From positions 8,597 through 72,596 of the forward strand of contig PFJY01000122.1 of assembly GCA_002784065.1 (NCBI GenBank): a stretch of DNA of 64,000 nt, given 5' to 3'. This DNA is from Hydrogenophilales bacterium CG_4_10_14_3_um_filter_58_23. Its GTDB lineage: Bacteria; Pseudomonadota; Gammaproteobacteria; Burkholderiales; Sulfuricellaceae. Of this stretch, positions 11,283 to 21,050 are shown piece by piece. Numbering within the stretch: the first letter of the stretch is position 1; the number at the start of each line of letters is the position of its first letter. The notes beneath the pieces are model-generated. The model saw nothing but the letters and a program-made list of their open reading frames with translations, did no database searches and was not told the DNA's origin. Made by a program: the position numbers and the translations under genes.

Positions 11283-13289
11283 ATGGCAAAATCTATTTCC
11301 CTCCTCCTCGGCGTTCACGCCCACCAGCCCGTCGGCAACTTTCCGGAAGTGCTGGAGGATGCGCACCTGCGCTGCTACCGCCCGTTCATCCATACCCTGC
11401 ACCGTTTCCCTGACTTCCATTTTGCCGTGCATTTTTCCGGCTGGCTGCTGGACTGGCTGTTTCAACACTATCCCGAAGACATGGCGCTGCTGCGCGAAAT
11501 GGTCAAGCGCGGGCAAGTCGAGCTGTTCGGCGCCGGCGACACCGAACCGGTGCTGGCGGTGATTCCCCATCGCGACCGCGTCGGGCAGGTGATGCGGCTG
11601 TCCGACAAGCTGGAAAAGAAGCTGGGCCAGCGACCGACCGGCGCCTGGCTGACCGAGCGGGTGTGGGAGGCAACGGTGGTGCCGGCGCTGGCCGATTCGC
11701 AGGTCCGTTATGTCACCGTGGACGACTACCATTTCTTCTGCGCCGGCAAGACTGCGGCTGAACTGGATGGCTTCTACACCACCGAGGAGGATGGACGCAG
11801 GCTCGACCTGTTCCCGATTTCCGAGGAGCTGCGCTATCGCTTCCCGTTTTCGCCCGCTAACGAGGCGGTTGCCTACCTGGAGGTCCTGGCCGACGAAGGG
11901 CGCACTGCGGCGGTGTATTTCGACGACATCGAGAAATTCGGCATCTGGCCGGAAACCTACGAATGGGTGTACGAGAAGGGCTGGCTGGTGAGCTTCATCG
12001 AGGGCGTGCTCGCATCAGGGAAAATCCGCACCCAGCGCTACAGCGATTACCACGCTGCCGCCAAAACGCGCGGCGTGGTGTATCTGCCCACCACCTCCTA
12101 CATCGAGATGAACGAGTGGACCCTGCCGGCGCCGGCCGCCAACCAATATGCGGACCTGGTGGCGCGCGCCAAGGCCGAAGGGTGGTTCGTCCGGGACAAG
12201 GCGTTCCTGCGCGGCGGTATATGGAAAAATTTCCTCACCCGCTACCCGGAAGCAAACTGGATGCACAAGCGTATGCTGGGGCTGTCAGAACGGCTGGACA
12301 AGCTGTCGCCAGACAGGAAGAAACCGGCGATGCTCGACGCGCTCTACCGTGCCCAGGCCAACGACGCCTACTGGCACGGGTTGTTCGGTGGCCTGTACCT
12401 GCCGCACTTGCGGCGCGCGGTGTACCACGCCATCGTCGAACTGGAGGGCAGCCTCGACCAGTGCGATCCCCGCCCGGAAAGAACTCGTTTCGATTGCGAC
12501 CTCGACGGCCAGGACGAGATATTCCTGCACAATTCAGCTATTCAGGCGGTGGTGCGGTTGGACGGCAATGCCAGCGTGATCGAGTTCGACAGTTACCCGC
12601 TACGCCATAACTTCGCCGACAGCCTGATGCGCCAGACCGAGCACTACCATCGAAAAATCCATTTGCGCGAGGGTCCGGGCCAGCACGAAGGCGCCGGCAT
12701 TGCCTCGGCACATGATCGCGTCACCTTCAAGCATGAGATTCATCCGGATGATCTGGCGACCGATGTGCGCCCGCGTGGCCTGTTCGTCGACAGCATACAA
12801 CCGGAAGGCGGCGAATTCATGGCGTTGCAGGATTACCGGCTGAAGACAGAGCGCGATCTGTCCCTGACCTTTACTGGCGGGGGGGTGGAGAAGCGGATGC
12901 ACTTGTCTGAAAACCGGCTGGAAGTGAGCTACCGCTTCGGCAAGGGAATTCGCGGCACGTTCACCACCGAAATCAATCTCGCCATGCCAAGCTGCGATGG
13001 CCCGGCCGGGAAGTTTGTTTTTGCCGGCCAAGTGCCGGGCGGTTTCGGCCAGTTGACGGAGCTGGATTCGGTCAGGGAATTGCTGCTGGAAGACGACGTC
13101 CTGGGCGGCACGGTAAAATTGACCTTGAGCGAGCCGGCCCGACTGGTCAGTCGGCCTCATTTCAGCGTGTCTCAGTCCGAAGCGGGCTTCGAGAAAATCA
13201 TGCAGGCGGTAACGCTGACGCTTTCGTTCCCGCTGGATAAAATCCGGCGTGAGGTGCATGTATCGCTCGAAGTACTGCCTAAGCAGTAA
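11283..13289 (+). CDS. GH57 alpha-amylase / 4-alpha-glucanotransferase
   Basis: HAHQPVGNF, GAWLTERVWE, DDIEKFGIWP, AQANDAYWHGLFGGLY, SQSEAGFE; true start at MAKSIS because the longer ORF runs through the REP. Confidence 0.9.
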   Translation: MAKSISLLLGVHAHQPVGNFPEVLEDAHLRCYRPFIHTLHRFPDFHFAVHFSGWLLDWLFQHYPEDMALLREMVKRGQVELFGAGDTEPVLAVIPHRDRVGQVMRLSDKLEKKLGQRPTGAWLTERVWEATVVPALADSQVRYVTVDDYHFFCAGKTAAELDGFYTTEEDGRRLDLFPISEELRYRFPFSPANEAVAYLEVLADEGRTAAVYFDDIEKFGIWPETYEWVYEKGWLVSFIEGVLASGKIRTQRYSDYHAAAKTRGVVYLPTTSYIEMNEWTLPAPAANQYADLVARAKAEGWFVRDKAFLRGGIWKNFLTRYPEANWMHKRMLGLSERLDKLSPDRKKPAMLDALYRAQANDAYWHGLFGGLYLPHLRRAVYHAIVELEGSLDQCDPRPERTRFDCDLDGQDEIFLHNSAIQAVVRLDGNASVIEFDSYPLRHNFADSLMRQTEHYHRKIHLREGPGQHEGAGIASAHDRVTFKHEIHPDDLATDVRPRGLFVDSIQPEGGEFMALQDYRLKTERDLSLTFTGGGVEKRMHLSENRLEVSYRFGKGIRGTFTTEINLAMPSCDGPAGKFVFAGQVPGGFGQLTELDSVRELLLEDDVLGGTVKLTLSEPARLVSRPHFSVSQSEAGFEKIMQAVTLTLSFPLDKIRREVHVSLEVLPKQ

Positions 13290-13314
13290 TGTGGACTATT
13301 GGACGCTGATTGAC

Positions 13315-13605
13315 ATCATGTCCCAGCCAGCCTATCTTGAAGCCAGAGTCCTGCCTGGCGGCTCAAATCGCTTCACGGCTGACGGAAGCCGCTGCAAGCC
13401 CGGATCATGAATTCTGGCCTGCGGATGTCAATCTGTTGGGTCGGCGTGTTTGACTGGACGCGTGTGCTGGGGCATCGTCAGGTGACGGATCCTATTTGTT
13501 GTCACTCGCCGTGCGCCATGGTGGGCGCCTGGTGACCCTTGACCGGGGTATTGTTCCAGAGGCGGTAGCGGGGCGTTGTCCGAGAACCTTGTTGTCCTCG
13601 CGTGA
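13315..13605 (+). pseudogene. Frameshifted remnant of a PIN-domain (VapC) toxin gene, 5' part missing
   Basis: Joining frames gives IMSQPAY / AAQIASRLTEAAASPDHEFWPADVNLLG / GVFDWTRVLGHRQVTD / YLLSLAVRHGGRLVTLDRGIVPEAVAG / ENLVVLA*; QVTD..LA....LVTLD is a VapC C-terminal pattern. Confidence 0.75.
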
Positions 13606-13615
13606 ACGAGGCCTA

Positions 13616-14308
13616 TTATGAATTTTCCTTCCGTGGCCTGCCACGGCGCGCAAAACCCACTTTTAAATCCAATGCTGTTTCAATTTCCGCCTTGAACCTC
13701 TCGTTACCCAGCGGCGTCCCCGTTTGCAAAGCACACCTCAACAGCGTCAACTCGTCAGAATCCGCCACCTTGTCGAACAGGCCGCGATAAACAGACTGGC
13801 GGTCAGTGGGCAAACGGCCCAAAGCAACATACTCAGCCTGCGCCGATAGAACGGCATTACTTGCCCCCAGCGCATTGGCCGCGTAGCTGGACCAACGGTA
13901 TTTGGCCGGATGATCCACCATGCCGGCCCTGACAGGATTCAGCTCAATATAACGCATGCACGACAGCAGATAGGCCTGAGACTCAATGACGTTGCACTTA
14001 TATCGGCCCTCCCATAGACCGCCATGTCGTTGATAGGTTTCGTTGATATATCGCACATAATGCCGTCCCACACCCTGAAACAAGCGCCCTGCCGAGTCGG
14101 CGCGCTCCGGCGTCAGCAGCAAATGCACATGATTGGTCATCAGCACATAGGCATGGATCTCGCAACCGCAGTCATCGGCTGCCAGTTTCAGGCAGCGCAG
14201 ATATTCCAGATAATCGAGATTGTCAAAGAAAACTGCGGACCGGTTATGTCCCCGCTGAACCGCATGAACGGGCGATCCGGGAACGTAAAACCGTGGCTTT
14301 CTAGGCAT
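13616..14308 (-). mobile_element. Y1 HUH transposase, REP-associated tyrosine transposase (RAYT)-like
   Basis: MPRKPR..HAVQRGHNR, HUH motif MTNHVHLL, LWEGRY, YIELNPVRAGMV..YRWSSY. Confidence 0.88.
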
Positions 14309-14317
14309 GGCGCTTCT

Positions 14318-14746
14318 TTATTTGAACGGATGGCGAACACGCAATTTCTTGAAACGGCGAAATCCTTTATTGGTGGTGACCCAATCACAGTTCCACTCCA
14401 GCGCCAGCGCCGCATGGTAAGCATCGGGAATATCGTTGCCTTGTGCGGAAATCGACTGCGCGCATTGCAAAAACAAATCCCAATGATTGTTGCCGGGCGC
14501 CAAACAAACCGCGTGCTCCGCCGACCTGAGTTGTTGCGCAAAGGCGATTGCCACTTCCAGAGAGCTCGGTTTTTCGAAAACTCTCGGATGAGTTACCACA
14601 CGGATAAAACCGCTCAATACCCGCTCTGAAAAACCGTATGCCGTATTGGAATTGATTACGGACTCCAGCCAGTCACGGTATGCCCGATGATCCTTCGTGT
14701 CTTCCCTGTGCGCATAAACCAGTACATTCACATCCATCAACATCAT
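14318..14746 (-). CDS. vapC: VapC-family PIN-domain toxin
   Basis: LMDVNVLVYA, GFIRVVTHPR, IPDAYHAALALE; overlaps the antitoxin stop; last acidic site reads TTN instead of T-x-D. Confidence 0.85.
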   Translation of the reverse strand: MMLMDVNVLVYAHREDTKDHRAYRDWLESVINSNTAYGFSERVLSGFIRVVTHPRVFEKPSSLEVAIAFAQQLRSAEHAVCLAPGNNHWDLFLQCAQSISAQGNDIPDAYHAALALEWNCDWVTTNKGFRRFKKLRVRHPFK

Positions 14747-14979
14747 GATGGATCGTCCATAATATCCAGTAAGGAATGCCCATTATCCAAGTCCACTCCC
14801 GGTTTCACGCCAGGCCCGGTCGCAGTGATCATCTTTATCGTTTCGCGCTTTGCCTTCGGTTTTGCCAGAGATTCACGCAACGCGTTCTCAATCACGTGCG
14901 CCAAGGAAATTCTCTCTTCGACAGCCTGATGCTTGGCGTAAATAAGCAATTGATCGTCGAGATTCAACGTGGTACGCAT
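14743..14979 (-). CDS. vapB: VapB-family (RHH) antitoxin
   Basis: MRTTLNLDDQLL..SLAHVIENALRE..GVDLDN; small gene directly upstream of and overlapping the PIN gene. Confidence 0.82.
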   Translation of the reverse strand: MRTTLNLDDQLLIYAKHQAVEERISLAHVIENALRESLAKPKAKRETIKMITATGPGVKPGVDLDNGHSLLDIMDDPS

Positions 14980-15132
14980 GATGTTCCCTTCGCACGATAA
15001 TAAAAGATTCAACGTATCATTAGCGTATGCTTGGTGTCAATATATGTTGTTATTTTAAGGGTTCTGACCCCTTTGTTTATGCTTTGTTTTTGTTTTGTTT
15101 CGCTCTTTGTTCTTGCTTTGTTCTTGTTCCGG

Positions 15133-15165
15133 CCGTTTGTCTGCCTGATTTGTCCGTTTGTCTGC
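15133..15165 (+). promoter_or_regulatory. Direct repeats CCGTTTGTCTGC with 21-bp period, AlgR/LytTR-like binding sites
   Basis: Exact 12-mers at 15133 and 15154, about 70 bp upstream of the minor pilin operon; resemble the AlgR site CCGTTCGTC. Confidence 0.55.
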
Positions 15166-15235
15166 TATCTGATGAAATCCAGCAAGAACTAAATTAGTAT
15201 CTGATAGAGAGAAAATAACTGGCTTGGAGGCTATC

Positions 15236-15640
15236 ATGAAATTCAAGAATACCGCCGGCTTTACGCTGATTGAGTTAATGATAGCGGTCGCCATTGTTGG
15301 GATTCTTGCTGCCGTTGCCTTGCCCAACTACCAGCAATATATCATTCGCGGCAATCGCGCCGCCGCGCAGGCCCAGATGATGGACATTGCCAACCTTGAG
15401 CAGCAATATATTCTTGCCAATCGTGTCTATACTGCAACAGGCTCGGATCTGGGGTATGCGCTGCCGAGTGAGGTTAGCGCCCGTTACGGCTATTCCATCA
15501 CGGTAGATAATGTTGGCCCCCCACCTTCCTTCACTATTACCTTTACGCCCACGGTGGGAACCCCCCAGGCCGGCGATGGTACGCTTGTTCTCACCAGTGC
15601 AGGCGTAAAGACACGCGCCGGCGACGCTTCAAAATGGTAA
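15236..15640 (+). CDS. pilE: Type IV minor pilin PilE
   Basis: Prepilin motif GFTLIELMIAVAIVGILAAVALPNY; GGAGG RBS. Confidence 0.88.
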   Translation: MKFKNTAGFTLIELMIAVAIVGILAAVALPNYQQYIIRGNRAAAQAQMMDIANLEQQYILANRVYTATGSDLGYALPSEVSARYGYSITVDNVGPPPSFTITFTPTVGTPQAGDGTLVLTSAGVKTRAGDASKW

Positions 15641-16185
15641 CTTCATCCCCCATGTCCACCCAGCGTGGCACGACCATGATCGAAGTGCTCGTCACGATGG
15701 TTATCCTGGCTTTTGGCCTGCTCGGGCTGGCTGGCCTGCAATCCCGCCTGCAGGTGTCGGAGATGGAATCTTACCAGCGCGCCCAGGCGCTGGTCCTGCT
15801 CGAGGATATGGCCAATCGCATCGTGACCAATCGCTCTGCGGCCGCGAGTTACGTCACGAGCAGTCCGCTCGGCGCGGGCATGACCTGCCCCACTGACACT
15901 TCCACCGTGCAGAAGGTCGATGTCAAAGAGTGGTGTAATGTATTGCAGGGAGCGGCTGAAACTTCTGGCAGCAGCAAAGTCGGCGCCATGATCGGAGGGC
16001 GCGGTTGTGTCGAAAGCACGGTTGCCAACGAATATCTTGTGACGGTTGCGTGGCAGGGATTGGCCTCGATATCTGCTCCTCCGGTCAGCGTGACCTGCGG
16101 GCAAAATAGTTATGACGGCGGGGCTTGCACGAATGATCGTTGTCGTCGCGCCATCACCACCATTGTACGCATTGGCACATTATGA
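15634..16185 (+). CDS. pilV: Type IV pilus modification protein PilV
   Basis: QRGTTMIEVLVTMVILAFGLLGLAGLQ..DMANRI. Confidence 0.88.
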   Translation: MVTSSPMSTQRGTTMIEVLVTMVILAFGLLGLAGLQSRLQVSEMESYQRAQALVLLEDMANRIVTNRSAAASYVTSSPLGAGMTCPTDTSTVQKVDVKEWCNVLQGAAETSGSSKVGAMIGGRGCVESTVANEYLVTVAWQGLASISAPPVSVTCGQNSYDGGACTNDRCRRAITTIVRIGTL

Positions 16186-17414
16186 CGACCCTGAACCGAA
16201 CATTGCCGCCCGGCCGGACGAAGGCCGACTCTTGCTGCATGACTGCGCGGCAGGCGCAGGGCGGCTTCACCCTGATTGAGCTGATGGTCGCCATTGTCTT
16301 GGGCATGTTGATCGTGCTGGCGCTGACCACGCTTTTCGTTAACATCAGCCGCACCAACAGCGAAATGGCCAAGACCAACGCCCAGATCGAGAATGGTCGT
16401 TTCGCCATGCAGTTATTGGAGGGCGATATCGTCCATGGCGGGTACTGGGGGTGGCATGTTCCCCAGTTTGACGACATGACCATTACCGGCGTGCCGGACG
16501 ATGCGCCCAGCGCCGTTCCCGACCCCTGTCTGGCATATAACGCGACAAACTGGACCACGGCTTACCAAAACAACCTTATCGCCATCCCCATCCAGAGTTA
16601 CGATAGCGCGCCAGCCGGGTGCGCTGTCGTCGCCAATAAACAAGCGAACACCGACGTGCTCGTGGTGCGGCATGCCCAAACGTGCTTGCCGGGCGTGGGC
16701 AGTTGCGAAATTGATACCGCCGGCAAGCTCTATTTGCAGCCCTCTTCCTGTGAGCTTGAAATCGCTGGCGGCCAGCGCTATAGGCTCAACACAACTGGAT
16801 TTAGCACGCTCGGAACTGGCCTGCACCAGCGCAACTGTGTCGGTACCGGCTCGCCGCAGGCGCTGCCAATCGTTTCAGGTACGTTCGCGGATAAGCGAAA
16901 GTTTATTTCCAGTATTTACTATATCCGCGATTACGCTGTAACCGTGGGTGACGGCATCCCCACCCTAGTGCGTTCGCAGTTCGACCTTTCAGGCGCTACG
17001 CTGGCGCATCAGGCCGCCGTGCCGCTGATCGAAGGCATCGAAGGCTTCAGGGTTGAATTCGGCATCGACAGCATTGGCGATGCGGGTACGGTGGTCGATT
17101 ACACCAAGGCAGCCGCATGGGCTGATCCGCTTAACCGCAACAAGCTCTTGAATCGTGGTGACGGCATCCCCGATGGCGCATTTGTGAGCTGCACCACCGC
17201 AGTGCCCTGCACGGCGAACCAGCTCGCCAATGTGGTGGCGGTCAAGCTGTATGTGCTGGCGCGCAACCGGGAGTCCACGGTGAGTCACACTGACGGGAGA
17301 ACTTACACCCTGGGTGCAACCACGCTGGGCCCCTTCAACGACCACTATAAGCGCCATGTGTTTTCCACAACGGTGCGTCTGACCAATATCTCCGGAAGAA
17401 GGGAGACTCCATGA
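16182..17414 (+). CDS. pilW: Type IV minor pilin PilW
   Basis: GFTLIELMVAIVLG, QIENGRFAM, LIEGIEGFRVEFGID; ATGA overlap with pilV. Confidence 0.86.
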   Translation: MTTLNRTLPPGRTKADSCCMTARQAQGGFTLIELMVAIVLGMLIVLALTTLFVNISRTNSEMAKTNAQIENGRFAMQLLEGDIVHGGYWGWHVPQFDDMTITGVPDDAPSAVPDPCLAYNATNWTTAYQNNLIAIPIQSYDSAPAGCAVVANKQANTDVLVVRHAQTCLPGVGSCEIDTAGKLYLQPSSCELEIAGGQRYRLNTTGFSTLGTGLHQRNCVGTGSPQALPIVSGTFADKRKFISSIYYIRDYAVTVGDGIPTLVRSQFDLSGATLAHQAAVPLIEGIEGFRVEFGIDSIGDAGTVVDYTKAAAWADPLNRNKLLNRGDGIPDGAFVSCTTAVPCTANQLANVVAVKLYVLARNRESTVSHTDGRTYTLGATTLGPFNDHYKRHVFSTTVRLTNISGRRETP

Positions 17415-17917
17415 GCCGACCTGTCCCATCGCATGCACAGCGTGGCGCAACCTTGGTCGTCGGCATGATCATGCTGGTTCTCATCACCCTGATGGTGACT
17501 ACCGCCTTCACGCTCAGCACCGCCAACCTCAAGTCCGTGGGCAACATGCAGTTCCGCAATGAGGCGATTGCCGCCGGCAACATCGCCATTGAGAGAGTGC
17601 TTAGCTCGCCCTTCACCACCGCGCCAAGCGCTGAACAAATCCTGGTGGACATCAACAATGATGGAACAAATGATTACGCCGTCTCGTTCGCTGCTCCCGT
17701 CTGCGTCCGCGCGTCGGTGGCGGCCCCGCCGGTACTCAGTAGCGTGACGCTGGGGTCGTCGATGTCAACCTCATACACCTGGAATACCGTATGGGACATC
17801 GACGCCACGGTGACGCCGACCAGCGACAACCCCGGCGCGAGCGGGGCATCGGCGCATGTGCGTTCGGGTGTACGTGTGTTGCTGTCACAAGCTCAGAAAG
17901 ATGCAGTGTGCCCCTGA
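17411..17917 (+). CDS. pilX: Type IV minor pilin PilX
   Basis: QRGATLVVGMIMLVLITL (no Glu+5, typical of PilX); position between pilW and pilY1. Confidence 0.82.
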   Translation: MSRPVPSHAQRGATLVVGMIMLVLITLMVTTAFTLSTANLKSVGNMQFRNEAIAAGNIAIERVLSSPFTTAPSAEQILVDINNDGTNDYAVSFAAPVCVRASVAAPPVLSSVTLGSSMSTSYTWNTVWDIDATVTPTSDNPGASGASAHVRSGVRVLLSQAQKDAVCP

Positions 17918-17949
17918 AGCAAGCGTGTAATTATAATTAGGAGAGCAAC

Positions 17950-20900
17950 ATGAAAACCCATTCCCTCAAAAAAATGCTGGCAGCCGCCTTCGCCTTGCTG
18001 GTGTTTCATCTGCCCGCGATGGGGGAAGATATCGACCTGTTTGTCGGGTTGCCTCCCGCTGCGGCCGATGCGCCCAATGTGTTGATCGTCCTGGACAATA
18101 CGGCGAACTGGAACACCGCATTTACCAATGAGAGGGAGGCATTGGTCAACGTCGTGAACGGATTGCCCGCGGACAAGTTCCGCGTCGGGTTGATGCTGTT
18201 TACCGAAACAGGGAGCGGCAATTCCGGCAACGATGGCGCATATCTGCGTGCGGCGGTGCGCCCGATGGATAGCGCCAACAAGACCAAGTACCAGGCGCTG
18301 GTGAGCGGGTTAGAGCAGACTGACGACAAGGGCAACGCGGGCAAGGTCGGCAAAGCCATGGAGGAAGCCTATCTCTACTATGCTGGCCTGGCGCCCCACG
18401 CCGGCAACAACAAAAACAAAACGGATTACACCGGAAACGCGTCCGGAACCGTCTCGTCGAACGCCATCTATGCGTTGTCCGGCAACGCGCTGGCAGCGAA
18501 AGCCGGGACTTCCTACGTCACCCCGGTCGTGTCCGGCAGCTGCGCGAAGAACTATATTATCTATATCAGCAATGGTGCGGCACAGGATAACGCGTCAGAT
18601 ATCTCTCAGGCCACGACGGCGCTAACCGCTGTTGGTGGCAGTACAACCACTATTCCCATTTCTCCCAGCGGTTCGCAGGATAACGTGGCGGACGAATGGG
18701 CGCGTTTCATGAAAAAGAGCACCCTTGGCATCGTTACTTATACGGTCGATATCAATAAAGTGACCACTGGCCAAGGTCCGGGCTGGACTGCGCTGCTGAA
18801 AAGTATGGCAAATGTGAGCAGCGGAAAATATTTTGATATCGCCAGTTCGGGTACCCAGATTGTAGATGCCCTGAACAGTATTTTTTCTGAAATCCAGACC
18901 GTCAACAGCGTGTTTGCCTCGGTCAGCTTGCCGGTGAGCGTCAACACGCAGGGGACTTACCTGAACCAGGTGTATATCGGCATGTTCCGGCCCGATGCGA
19001 AATCCTATCCGCGCTGGTCGGGCAACCTGAAGCAGTACAAACTCGGCATGGTCAGCGGCACGCTCAAACTGCTGGATGCGAACAGCAGCAGCGCCATCAA
19101 CTCCCAGACCGGCTTTATTACAGAGTGTGCACGCAGTTTCTGGACTCCCTCCACGGTGGACACCTACTGGTCATTCAGGCCACAGGGAACCTGTCTGACG
19201 GTGGCCAACTCGGACGTGTCCAACTATCCCGACGGCAATATTGTGGAAAAGGGCGCCCAGGCCTACATGCTGCGGAGTACGACTACGCGCACGGTAAAAA
19301 CCTGTAATTCGACGTTTGCTTCCTGCACCGCCTTGACCGACTTCAATAACACCAACGTAACCCAAACCATGCTGGGTGCTGCCAGTACGACCGAGCGGGA
19401 TGCGATCATCAATTGGACCAAGGGACTGGACCTTCCTCAGCCAACCCCGAATCCTGATGGTCTGGACTTTGACGAAAACAGTAATGGCATAACCTTAACC
19501 GAGATGCGTCCCTCTGCGCATGGCGACGTGGTGCACTCGCGGCCGGTGGCAATCAACTACGGCACCGATGCCCTACCCCAGGTCGTGGTGTATTACGGTG
19601 GCAATGACGGCATTTTACGCGCCGTCAACGGCAATCGCAGCGCCAGCATTGGTAGCGCCATCGCGGGCAGCGAACTCTGGTCGTTTGTGGCGCCCGAGTT
19701 CTACACCAACCTCAAGCGCATTCGCGACAACAAGGTCACCATCAGTTTCCCCGGTCAAGCCACGGCCTCCCCGACACCGCTGCCCAAGCCTTATGCCTTC
19801 GACGGGCCGATCGCCGCCTACAAGAATGGCTCCAATGCCTGGATATACGCCACCATGCGGCGCGGCGGACGGGTGCTGTATGCCTTTGACGTGACCACCC
19901 CGGCCAGCCCAAGCCTGAAATGGAAGATAGGCTGCCCCAACAACTTCCCCGTCTCTGGAACGGTGGACGATACAGGCTGCACCACGGGTTTTGCCGGCAT
20001 CGGCCAGACCTGGTCCCAGCCCAAGATCATAAAGGCGTCGGGCTATGGCGAGGGAGCTACGCCCATGCTCATCATGGGTGGTGGTTACGACGCCTGCGAG
20101 GATGTCGATTCCACTACGGCAGCCTGCACTTCTCCCAAGGGCAACAAGATTTATGTGCTGGATGCCGACACAGGGGCGTTGCTTAACACCCTGAATACGG
20201 ACCGGAGCGTGGTTGCCGACCTGACGGTTGTGCCAGACAGTGCCGGACTGGCCAAGTATGCCTACGTAGCGGATATGGGCGGCAATCTCTATCGCATCAC
20301 GATGGGTTCGGCTGCACCTGCAAGCTGGACGATTACCAAGATCGCCTCGCTTGGCTGCGACACAGTGACGACGTGTACGCCCAACCGGAAGTTCATGTTT
20401 GCACCGGACGTGGTCGATGACAATGGCACTTATAGTCTGCTGCTTGGCTCCGGCGATCGCGAAAAACCGCTGGGCAGTTACACTAACGCCTCCAGCGTGG
20501 CCAATCATTTCTTCATGGTGAAGGATCGGCCAACGGATGCCGCCTGGCTGACTTCGGAAAATGCCACGTGTGGTGCGAACGTGATTTGCATAAACTCGCT
20601 GCTGCCGATCACGACCAGCGTCAATCCGACACAGGCTCAAGTGGATGCAAAAAAAGGATGGTATCTGGGGTTGGTTTCGACCGAGCAGGTGGTCACTTCC
20701 GCCATCACGGTCTTCGGCGTGACGACATTCAGTACGCACATGCCTGCTGTTGCCACGCCCGGCACCTGCAGCGCCAATCTGGGAGAGACACATGTGTATA
20801 ACATCAGTTATACCAATGCGGCGAGTGCCAATGGAACCGGTGCCCGCTACGAGATTGTCGTTGGCGGCGGCTTGCCGCCGTCACCCGTGGCCGGCATGGT

Positions 20901-21036
20901 GACCCTGGATGACGGTACCACCGTTCCCTTTTTGATCGGCTCCAAACCCGATTCTCCGCTTGAAGGCTCGCCGCCGTCCTCGCCCGTTACGGCGGTTCAG
21001 CCCAAGAGCAGGGTTTATTGGTATATCCAGCAATAA
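17950..21036 (+). CDS. pilY1: Type IV pilus adhesin PilY1/PilC
   Basis: Signal peptide; vWA-like PNVLIVLDNT; WSGNLKQY, GDVVHSRP, GNDGILRA, GQTWSQP, ADMGGNLYR propeller motifs. Confidence 0.88.
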   Translation: MKTHSLKKMLAAAFALLVFHLPAMGEDIDLFVGLPPAAADAPNVLIVLDNTANWNTAFTNEREALVNVVNGLPADKFRVGLMLFTETGSGNSGNDGAYLRAAVRPMDSANKTKYQALVSGLEQTDDKGNAGKVGKAMEEAYLYYAGLAPHAGNNKNKTDYTGNASGTVSSNAIYALSGNALAAKAGTSYVTPVVSGSCAKNYIIYISNGAAQDNASDISQATTALTAVGGSTTTIPISPSGSQDNVADEWARFMKKSTLGIVTYTVDINKVTTGQGPGWTALLKSMANVSSGKYFDIASSGTQIVDALNSIFSEIQTVNSVFASVSLPVSVNTQGTYLNQVYIGMFRPDAKSYPRWSGNLKQYKLGMVSGTLKLLDANSSSAINSQTGFITECARSFWTPSTVDTYWSFRPQGTCLTVANSDVSNYPDGNIVEKGAQAYMLRSTTTRTVKTCNSTFASCTALTDFNNTNVTQTMLGAASTTERDAIINWTKGLDLPQPTPNPDGLDFDENSNGITLTEMRPSAHGDVVHSRPVAINYGTDALPQVVVYYGGNDGILRAVNGNRSASIGSAIAGSELWSFVAPEFYTNLKRIRDNKVTISFPGQATASPTPLPKPYAFDGPIAAYKNGSNAWIYATMRRGGRVLYAFDVTTPASPSLKWKIGCPNNFPVSGTVDDTGCTTGFAGIGQTWSQPKIIKASGYGEGATPMLIMGGGYDACEDVDSTTAACTSPKGNKIYVLDADTGALLNTLNTDRSVVADLTVVPDSAGLAKYAYVADMGGNLYRITMGSAAPASWTITKIASLGCDTVTTCTPNRKFMFAPDVVDDNGTYSLLLGSGDREKPLGSYTNASSVANHFFMVKDRPTDAAWLTSENATCGANVICINSLLPITTSVNPTQAQVDAKKGWYLGLVSTEQVVTSAITVFGVTTFSTHMPAVATPGTCSANLGETHVYNISYTNAASANGTGARYEIVVGGGLPPSPVAGMVTLDDGTTVPFLIGSKPDSPLEGSPPSSPVTAVQPKSRVYWYIQQ

Positions 21037-21050
21037 TGGGAAGAACGAGG

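Noticed and set aside
13616-14308. This transposase as the proven mobiliser of the window's GTAG REPs
   Set aside because: It lacks the flanking REPs typical of canonical RAYT loci, so the link is unsupported here
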